Shown: piece by piece, positions 57,222-64,000 of the stretch
Numbering within the stretch: the first letter of the stretch is position 1
Layout: each line of letters starts with the position of its first letter
NCBI GenBank assembly: GCA_029861845.1
Contig: JAOTYM010000001.1
Coordinates: 16,137-80,136, forward strand
From: Gammaproteobacteria bacterium
GTDB lineage: Bacteria; Pseudomonadota; Gammaproteobacteria; Acidiferrobacterales; SPGG2
Reading direction: 5' to 3'
Length of the DNA stretch: 64,000 nt
Translations under genes and position numbers: made by a program
The notes under the pieces: model-generated
Told to the model about the DNA's origin: nothing
Databases searched by the model: none
What the model saw: the letters and a program-made list of their open reading frames with translations, nothing else

Positions 57222-59204
57222 TCAGTTGGCGGCGGCGGCAGCCTGGCCGCGTGCGACGTCGCGGATCTCGACATCGGCGCTGACGGATCCCTTGCGGCCG
57301 TCCTCGAAGGTCACCTCGGTCTCGATATTGCAGTGCGATTCGTCCGAGTAGAGCGCATCGACGAGCTTACCGTACTTGTCGGCGACGAAGCTCCGCCGTA
57401 CCTTGCGCGTGCGTGTCAGCTCGCCATCGTCGGCATCGAGCTCCTTGTGCAGCACCAGAAATCGCTTGACCTGCGAGGAAGCGAGGTGCACGTCTCTGGC
57501 GAGGTCACGGTTGACCTGCTCCACGCAGCTCTGCAACAGCTCGTAGACCTCCTGGCGCTGGGCAAGCTCCTGATAACTTCCGTACGCGATATTGCGCCGC
57601 TCGGCCCAGTTGCCGACTGCCTCGAGGTCAATATTGATAAACGCCGTCACGTAGTCGCTGCCGTGGCCGAAAGTGACGGCTTCCTTGATATAAGGAAAGA
57701 ACTTGAGCTTGTTCTCGATGTACTTGGGAGCAAATATGGACCCGTCGTTCAGCTTACCCACATCCTTGGCGCGGTCGATAATCTTCAGGTGCCCATCCTC
57801 GTCGAAGAACCCGGCATCGCCAGTGTGGACCCAGCCGTCGGGCGTCTTGGTCGCGGCGGTGGCTTCGCTATTCTTGTAATATTCCTGAAATACACCTGGG
57901 CTTCGATACATGACCTCACCATCGTCGGTGATCTTGATCTCTACCTCCGGGGCCGGTGTGCCTACCGTGTCGGGCTTGACCTGTCCGTCTGGCTGCATGG
58001 TGACAAACACAGCCGCTTCTGTCTGACCATACAATTGTTTCACGTTGATCCCCAGTGATCGGTAAAAGTCGAAGATATCCGGACCGATGGCCTCACCCGC
58101 TGTGTAAGCGATACGGATGCGGGAGAATCCAAGCGTATTTCGCAGCGGTCCATACACAAGCACATTGCCAATCCAATAGAGTATTCGCTTGTGCAACATC
58201 ACCGACTTGCGATCAAGAATTTTCCCGCCTACATCCCGCGCAACGCTCATAAAGTAATCAAACATCTTCCGCTTAAGCCAGCCGGCATCCTCCATGCGGA
58301 TCATTACAGTGGTCAGAATGTTCTCGTAGATGCGCGGCGGCGCGAAAAAATATGTGGGGCCAATCTCGCGCAGATCCGTCAAAACGGTTGCGCTGCTTTC
58401 GGGACAGCTTACGCAGAACCCACCTACGTAAGACTCGCCATATGAATATACATGGTCGCCCACCCAAGCCATGGGTAGATACGCCAGCACTTCGTCGTCT
58501 TGGTGCAGCCCGTCGAACTTGATGCCATTGCGCGCCGAGACGACCACGTTATCGTGCGTCAAGACAACGCCTTTTGGGCTCCCGGTCGTACCTGAGGTGT
58601 ACAGGATAACCGAAACATCGCCGCCACGGCCGGTATTGACCTGATCCAAAAAGAAACCGGGGTCCTTGGCGTCGAAATCGCGTCCCAGCTGCTGTATGTC
58701 TTCGAAATCGTACAGGTACTCCTGCGTGTAGTTGCGCAGTCCGCGCCGATCATCGTAGATAATTACCTCCAGCTTGGGATAGTTGTCCCTGATTTCTAAT
58801 AGCTTATCTACCTGCTCTTGATCCTCGGCGATGGCAAAGCGTGCTTCGGCGTGCTCCAGCACATACCGAAGCTCTGCCGCGACTGCGTCCTGATACATTG
58901 GTACCGGTACCCCACCGAGACACTGAGCCGCGCACATTGACCAATAAAGCCGCGGCCGATTGTCACCGATGATGGCGAGTTTATCGCCGCGCGCGAACCC
59001 TTTGGCCGCGAGACCACAGGCTAGGGCACGTACCTCTTGCGCCACCTGACCCCAGGCCCAGGTTTGCCAGATGCCATAGTCCTTTTCGCGGATCGCGGGT
59101 CGTGCGCTACCGCGTTTGGCCCTCTCAAGCAACAACTTTGGGAAGGTGTCTAGCGTATCGCTGGTTGCGGAATCGGTAACAGCACTAACCTGAAGGTCGC
59201 TCAT
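57222..59204 (-). CDS. Long-chain-fatty-acid--CoA ligase family (AMP-binding)
   Basis: 660-aa ORF. 'ILYTSGTTGSPKGV', 'HTGDAGFFDEDGHLKIIDRAKD'. It is the first gene of the ABC operon. Confidence 0.8.
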   Translation of the reverse strand: MSDLQVSAVTDSATSDTLDTFPKLLLERAKRGSARPAIREKDYGIWQTWAWGQVAQEVRALACGLAAKGFARGDKLAIIGDNRPRLYWSMCAAQCLGGVPVPMYQDAVAAELRYVLEHAEARFAIAEDQEQVDKLLEIRDNYPKLEVIIYDDRRGLRNYTQEYLYDFEDIQQLGRDFDAKDPGFFLDQVNTGRGGDVSVILYTSGTTGSPKGVVLTHDNVVVSARNGIKFDGLHQDDEVLAYLPMAWVGDHVYSYGESYVGGFCVSCPESSATVLTDLREIGPTYFFAPPRIYENILTTVMIRMEDAGWLKRKMFDYFMSVARDVGGKILDRKSVMLHKRILYWIGNVLVYGPLRNTLGFSRIRIAYTAGEAIGPDIFDFYRSLGINVKQLYGQTEAAVFVTMQPDGQVKPDTVGTPAPEVEIKITDDGEVMYRSPGVFQEYYKNSEATAATKTPDGWVHTGDAGFFDEDGHLKIIDRAKDVGKLNDGSIFAPKYIENKLKFFPYIKEAVTFGHGSDYVTAFINIDLEAVGNWAERRNIAYGSYQELAQRQEVYELLQSCVEQVNRDLARDVHLASSQVKRFLVLHKELDADDGELTRTRKVRRSFVADKYGKLVDALYSDESHCNIETEVTFEDGRKGSVSADVEIRDVARGQAAAAAN

Positions 59205-59507
59205 GAAGCCCTACCCCCCGCTTTCGTAGACCGAGAACAAGTTGCCACAATCGAATCGCAAAGCAGCGATGATCCTCCCGACGGGGTGCGTTTAACCCGG
59301 AGGCAAAACTGTTCTTATACAGATATATACAGCCGAATCTCGGCTATGCTAGCCGCTCTCGCATTTTCGCACAACCTTGCCAATGCCGGCATACGGCTAC
59401 CAGCCATCCACGCGTTCAACGTGGAATAGTCCTACGGTAAGATATCCGAATAGACGCGGCTTTAGTTCCAAGCCCCCATCGGCAACAGAATCGGCCCGTA
59501 CCCCATC

Positions 59508-61196
59508 ATGAGTATGATCAGCGATCTTGACCGGGCAGAATCGATTCGGCTCAAATTTGGCGCCGAATTCGAACGCCAACGGTTTGAGCTTATAAAGAGA
59601 ATGGAAGCCGGCGTGTTCCGAACACCATCACAAGTCCAGCGTTATCACGAACTCGTTTGTTTTGCGCGCGCCTGGCCCGATAGCCCGCGGGTCCTTCGGT
59701 TAAGTCGGCGAATAGCAAACAATTTCGATCGTCGCCCGGACTTGTGGCGATTCCGGAAGCGACTTAAAGGTACGGGTATTGCCGGCACCGACATTGCATT
59801 CACTTTCTACCTGCCAACGGCAAAATGGCTCGCAAAGCACTATCCGCAACAGCTCGACATGGATTGGGCAAATTTTGAAGAGCACGACCGGCTAGACGAA
59901 TTGCTAAAGCACATGGCGGTCTTCGCCGAGCAGCAAGGTCTGGACAGCTATGACTTCAATGGCATGGAGCGCATGCAAAAGATGCGGGATAGCAACAACA
60001 ATGCTGACGGCACGTTCCTCATTTCACTGTTCGAACTACTGCCGATGGCCCCGCGCATCAAAGAACATTTTTACGACCACCTGTCGCTACCGTTCGTGTT
60101 GCGCCCCGGACCGAAAACGCCCTCACGCACCAAGGCCGGGCTCCGCCTAAGCGAGATCCACTATCAAGACCAACCGCTGGGATTGTCCACGATCAATCTC
60201 AAACAAGTGGCCAACCAACCGCTTACCTTTGGTAGCGCCACCGGCGCGCAGGCGCACCGCCTCATCGCACTCGCGCGCAGCGCCATGGTTTCTCGCTTCC
60301 GAGATCTCGACCCGATTGCCTACGCCGATCCACATGATGTCAGCGTGATCGAAGCTGGGCAGGGCGTTCAGATCGTGCTCTATGGCGTCGTTGCCGAGCG
60401 TCGTTTCCTACTGGAATGCGAATACGGCCACCTCATACTCAAGAATGGTATTCCAGTTGGTTATGGATCGGCCTGGTCGCTTTACGGGACATGTCTGTTG
60501 AACTTCAACATATTTCCGACGTTCCGCGGCGGTCAGGGTGTGTGGCTTTACGCCAAGACTTTCGCCGTGTTTCACCAACTCTTCAATGCGGATACGTTCG
60601 TGGTGGAGCCCTATCAATTGGGCGAAGAGAACGAGGAGGCAATCCAGTCCGGTGCTTGGTGGTTCTACAACAAGCTCGGCTACAAGCCCTACGATCGAGA
60701 AGCAAGTCGCCTAGCGAAATGGGAGAACGAAAAGCGGCGAGCCCGCAAAAACTACAGATCTTCGCCCTCGGCGCTGCGACGACTCGCCCAGGCACCGATG
60801 TTTCTGCATCTCGGACGTCGCCGAAAAGACGTCCTGGGGCTAGTCGATCTGGAGGCCTGTGGTCTTGCCGTCACGGATTATCTGAACCGATGGCATGGAG
60901 TAGATCGGTCACAAGCCGAAGTCGATTGCGCAAAGACCGTGTGCGGTTGGTTAGATATCGACCAACCAAAACTATCTAGCGACCAACGCCTATGGTTACG
61001 TCGATGGAGTCCGCTGATCGCAAGTCTAGAATCCGTTCCTGGTTGGTCGCAGAATGACAAGACGGCGTTGAGGGCGGTTTTGCTGGCCAAAGGCGGGCAG
61101 CAACAATCTCATTACGTACATCTGTTCGATCGCCATCGCCCTTTGCGTGAAGCGCTATTGAAATTATCCCGCCGCGGCCTTCAAAAGCTGGAATAA
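59508..61196 (+). CDS. Hypothetical protein, possible GNAT-like C-terminal region
   Basis: 562-aa ORF with clean coding appearance and no recognised family. The C-terminal 'GVWLYAKTFAVFHQLF...EEAIQSGAWWFYNKLGYKP' is loosely acetyltransferase-like. Confidence 0.5.
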   Translation: MSMISDLDRAESIRLKFGAEFERQRFELIKRMEAGVFRTPSQVQRYHELVCFARAWPDSPRVLRLSRRIANNFDRRPDLWRFRKRLKGTGIAGTDIAFTFYLPTAKWLAKHYPQQLDMDWANFEEHDRLDELLKHMAVFAEQQGLDSYDFNGMERMQKMRDSNNNADGTFLISLFELLPMAPRIKEHFYDHLSLPFVLRPGPKTPSRTKAGLRLSEIHYQDQPLGLSTINLKQVANQPLTFGSATGAQAHRLIALARSAMVSRFRDLDPIAYADPHDVSVIEAGQGVQIVLYGVVAERRFLLECEYGHLILKNGIPVGYGSAWSLYGTCLLNFNIFPTFRGGQGVWLYAKTFAVFHQLFNADTFVVEPYQLGEENEEAIQSGAWWFYNKLGYKPYDREASRLAKWENEKRRARKNYRSSPSALRRLAQAPMFLHLGRRRKDVLGLVDLEACGLAVTDYLNRWHGVDRSQAEVDCAKTVCGWLDIDQPKLSSDQRLWLRRWSPLIASLESVPGWSQNDKTALRAVLLAKGGQQQSHYVHLFDRHRPLREALLKLSRRGLQKLE

Positions 61197-61270
61197 ACCG
61201 CACAATCACGGCAATCGCACCAACACGCGTTGACCTGCTCGCCGCACCGTGGTACGACACGAACGATTAC

Positions 61271-61738
61271 TTGTTAGGTTACCGTCGGTCTCGACACGGG
61301 GCAATCATAGCGGTGGAATCCACGTCTAATCGATCGCAGCGTCCCCCGAAAATCCTAATCACAAAGATTGGGCTCGATGGCCACGATCGGGGTAGTCGGG
61401 TGATTGCGACCCAACTGCGGGATGCGGGCATGGAGGTGGTTTATACAGGACCTTGGCAGGAGATCCTCGCTGTGGTCAAGCTCGCGTTGGAAGAGGATGT
61501 AGATGTCATCGGTATCAGCGCGTTGGCGACTGACCATCTACTCGTACCGAAACTCATGGATGCACTACGTAGCGCCGACCTGGCGCACGTAAGAGTAGTA
61601 GTTGGCGGTATCGTCCCCCCTGAAGATGAATCCGCTTTACTAATGGCCGGCGTAAGTAAGGTCTTCCATCCCGGAAGCTCGCGCGACGAGATCGTGTCGG
61701 ACATGAATCGCTTGGCAAGTGAAGCGCGGTCTAGATAA
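61271..61738 (+). CDS. B12-binding small subunit of an acyl-CoA mutase
   Basis: 155-aa ORF (start uncertain). Cobalamin motif 'GLDGHDRG' (DxHxxG), then 'VDVIGISAL' and 'VVVGG'. Confidence 0.85.
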   Translation: MLGYRRSRHGAIIAVESTSNRSQRPPKILITKIGLDGHDRGSRVIATQLRDAGMEVVYTGPWQEILAVVKLALEEDVDVIGISALATDHLLVPKLMDALRSADLAHVRVVVGGIVPPEDESALLMAGVSKVFHPGSSRDEIVSDMNRLASEARSR

Positions 61739-61757
61739 GCCGATAAAGGAGATCCTG

Positions 61758-63440
61758 ATGAACCAGGAGCCGATGCAGTTGCCTTTGCCTGGATTCGAGA
61801 ATGCCCGCGCAACGTGGCAACGGGATTACAGCAAGCATATCGCCGACGACCATGCGATCCGTAATCGCTCTGGCATCCAAGTGAACGCGCTTTATACACC
61901 ACACGACTGGGACAGCGAGCGATACATGGACGACCTAGGATTTCCTGGTCAGTTACCGATGACCCGCGGCATTTATACAACCATGCATCGGGGTCGACCC
62001 TGGAGCCAACGTCAGCTGATCGGCCTTGGCACACCGGAAGACTACAACCGCCGACTCAAATCGATATTCAAGGCCGGCGCATCGGCGATCAGTCTTATTC
62101 CATGCAATTCCGTTTACCGCGGTTACGACATGGACGAAGTGGACCCCCTCTTACTCGGAACTTGCGGCACCATCGTTAACTCGGTCGAGGACATGGATAT
62201 ATTCCTACGCGATATTCCGATCGATCAGATATCCGCCGCCCAGAACGATCCATTACCATTCACACTACTCGCCTTTGTGCTCGCGGTCGCCAAACGTCGG
62301 GGTATCCCTTGGGAAAAGGTCACCGGCACGTCGAACCAGAGCGACTATATTTCCCATTTTGTTGCCAATCACATGTTCTTCCGTATCGCGTTACCGGGGT
62401 CACGGCGCGTTCTGACCGATCACATAGAGTTTACAAACAAGCACGTCCCTGGTTGGAATCCAGTGTCTGTTGTGGGTCAACATATGCAACAAGCGGGGGC
62501 GACACCAGCCGAGGCCATGGCGTTTACACTCTGCACGGCGCTGCAGTACGCTGAAGACTGCATGGCGCGTGGCATGGCGCCGGATACCTTCCTGCCACGG
62601 TTCACATTCTTCTTCGATATCTCTGTCAGCTTCTTTGAAGAGATCGCGAAGTTGCGGGCCGGCCGGCGTGTCTGGTCAAGAGTCACCCGTCAACGTCTTG
62701 CGGCCAAGGATCCACGTAGCTGGCGGTTCAAGTTTCATGCCCAGACCTCGGGCGTCGACCTCACCCGGCAACAACCGCTAAACAATATTGCCCGCGTTAC
62801 CTTACAGGCGATGGCTGGGCTATTCGGTGGCCTGCAGTCGCTGCACACCGATGCCTTTGACGAAGTCTTCAGCACCCCCACCGAGGAAGCGGCTCGTGTT
62901 GCTGTCAGCACGCAGAATATTCTGCGCCACGAGGCCCATCTTGCTGACGTCATCGATCCACTCGGCGGTTCTTACTATGTCGAAACCCTGACCAACGAGA
63001 TGGAGCAACAGGTCGAGACCACCATGGCCAAAATCGATGACGCCGGTGGTATGTACAAGGCAGTGGAATCAGGTTTGGTTCAAACAATGATCGGCGAGTC
63101 AGCTCTCGCCTTTCAGCGGCAAGTAGATAGTGGCGAGCAAAAAATTATTGGCGTCAACGCATATCAGGTAGAGGAAACGCCGTCCCATCATGCGCCGCTA
63201 AAACGGCCCGATCCCGCCGTGACCGCGACGCAGCTTAGCCGCTTCAAAGCGTTCAAACAAAGCCGTAACCAAGCGCGCATACGAGCGGCACTCGATACAT
63301 TAGCGTCGGCGGCAAATAGCGAAAACGAAAATATCTTCGCCCGTGTAGTGGAAGCGGCCGATGTCGGCGTTACTCACGGCGAGATTGTGGCCTGCTTGCG
63401 TCGCGAGATGGGAGTCGGTCAGCCGCTGGTAGTCGCGTGA
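61758..63440 (+). CDS. Acyl-CoA mutase large (substrate-binding TIM-barrel) subunit; substrate uncertain
   Basis: ATG at 61758 after RBS 'aaaggag'. Full-length similarity to the methylmalonyl-CoA mutase catalytic domain ('FHAQTSG', '[13 protein letters not shown]', '[10 protein letters not shown]'), but the specificity positions differ from MCM (see findings). Confidence 0.8.
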   Translation: MNQEPMQLPLPGFENARATWQRDYSKHIADDHAIRNRSGIQVNALYTPHDWDSERYMDDLGFPGQLPMTRGIYTTMHRGRPWSQRQLIGLGTPEDYNRRLKSIFKAGASAISLIPCNSVYRGYDMDEVDPLLLGTCGTIVNSVEDMDIFLRDIPIDQISAAQNDPLPFTLLAFVLAVAKRRGIPWEKVTGTSNQSDYISHFVANHMFFRIALPGSRRVLTDHIEFTNKHVPGWNPVSVVGQHMQQAGATPAEAMAFTLCTALQYAEDCMARGMAPDTFLPRFTFFFDISVSFFEEIAKLRAGRRVWSRVTRQRLAAKDPRSWRFKFHAQTSGVDLTRQQPLNNIARVTLQAMAGLFGGLQSLHTDAFDEVFSTPTEEAARVAVSTQNILRHEAHLADVIDPLGGSYYVETLTNEMEQQVETTMAKIDDAGGMYKAVESGLVQTMIGESALAFQRQVDSGEQKIIGVNAYQVEETPSHHAPLKRPDPAVTATQLSRFKAFKQSRNQARIRAALDTLASAANSENENIFARVVEAADVGVTHGEIVACLRREMGVGQPLVVA

Positions 63441-64000
63441 GTACTGGTTCCAATTCAGAAGCGACAACAGACTTGACAGCGCGTCTCTTACGCGGCGAAC
63501 CAGCGGCGCTCGCGCGGGCAATCACCGAGGTCGAAAACGAAACGACAGAGATGTCGGCCATTTTGCGCGCGACCCAGCCGCGATTGGGCAAAGCAACTAT
63601 TGTCGGTTTCACCGGCGCCCCCGGTGCCGGCAAATCCACCCTGATCAGTGCCTACATCAAAGTATTGCGGGCGCGTGACAAGACGGTCGGCGTGGTCACC
63701 GTCGATCCGTCGAGCCCGTTCAGCCGTGGTGCGATTCTGGGTGATCGCATCCGCATGGCCGAGCACACAACCGATCTAGGCGTTTTCGTGCGGTCAGTTG
63801 CTGCCCGCGGCCATCTGGGCGGCATCTCGCGCACAACTGCGCGGATCGTGGACATCTTCGACGCTGTCGGTAAGGACGTCGTCATTGTCGAAACCGTGGG
63901 TGCTGGTCAGTCGGAGGTCGCAGTCGCCGAGATCGCTGATATTAAAGTCGTGGTCTGCGCACCTGGGTTGGGTGACGACGTGCAGGCAATCAAAGCCGGT
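63437..64000 (+). CDS. meaB: MeaB/ArgK-type G-protein metallochaperone (5' part, runs off the window)
   Basis: GTG at 63437 overlaps the mutase stop (GTGA). P-loop 'GAPGAGKST', '[18 protein letters not shown]', '[10 protein letters not shown]'. Not in the ORF track because it has no stop codon inside the window. Confidence 0.85.
   Translation, partial: MSTGSNSEATTDLTARLLRGEPAALARAITEVENETTEMSAILRATQPRLGKATIVGFTGAPGAGKSTLISAYIKVLRARDKTVGVVTVDPSSPFSRGAILGDRIRMAEHTTDLGVFVRSVAARGHLGGISRTTARIVDIFDAVGKDVVIVETVGAGQSEVAVAEIADIKVVVCAPGLGDDVQAIKAG

Noticed and set aside
56715-58058. A 447-aa plus-strand ORF, and similar long antisense ORFs (53070..53738, 42773..43489, 18385..19032, 22892..23497)
   Set aside because: Each lies fully antisense to a gene with clear family motifs. 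Their translations are low-complexity and Arg/Leu/Val-rich, with no start-site signals. This is typical of GC-rich antisense frames.

Overview
This 64 kb window looks gammaproteobacterial, at roughly 55-60% GC by eye, and splits into two parts.

**Core genome (26.8-64 kb).** This part is conserved and mostly on the minus strand. It carries, in order:
- tRNA-Lys(UUU), then cpoB-pal-tolB-tolA-tolR-tolQ-ybgC, ruvB-ruvA-ruvC, yebC, an alpha/beta hydrolase, nudB and aspS.
- DUF502, an FmdB zinc ribbon, an HU-like protein, a fused 1216-aa HyuA/HyuB oxoprolinase-type enzyme and pcm.
- A FetAB-like ABC pair, a thioesterase, a HIT protein and a large organic-acid uptake and CoA-activation cluster (three AMP-forming ligases, a CoA-binding protein, metY and a five-gene LIV-type ABC transporter).
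- On the plus strand, an unknown 562-aa protein followed by a split B12-dependent acyl-CoA mutase and MeaB, which runs off the window end.

**Accessory region (0.9-26.8 kb).** This is a stack of three related integrative elements inserted one after another into the 3' half of the tRNA-Lys gene. Each left junction carries the same roughly 164-bp module, made of a 45-nt tRNA 3' half plus a conserved arm. The modules sit at 929, 8046 and 21907.
- Only the middle element (8.0-21.9 kb) keeps an intact tyrosine integrase with a small HTH gene.
- The tRNA-proximal element retains just the last ~35 codons of an integrase.

**Cargo that deserves a second look:**
- A TIR-FGE/SUMF1 fusion divergent from a small helical protein carrying an Rx4H (HEPN-like) motif. 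This is a candidate defence pair.
- A Sec-secreted protein with an IPT/TIG domain, 32 collagen Gly-X-Y triplets and two tandem Hcp-like domains, with no T6SS genes nearby.
- A GEMM-I (c-di-GMP-I) riboswitch-like leader in front of a CHASE4-like histidine kinase and a REC-PAS-GGDEF-EAL operon.
- An orphan tetraheme cytochrome c.
- Two differently truncated thermonuclease paralogues.
- A stray tRNA-Arg(ACG) 3' half.
- Several short tandem or direct repeats.

I saw no CRISPR array, reverse transcriptase, transposase or rRNA. All domain calls come from reading the translations by eye. No database search was possible.
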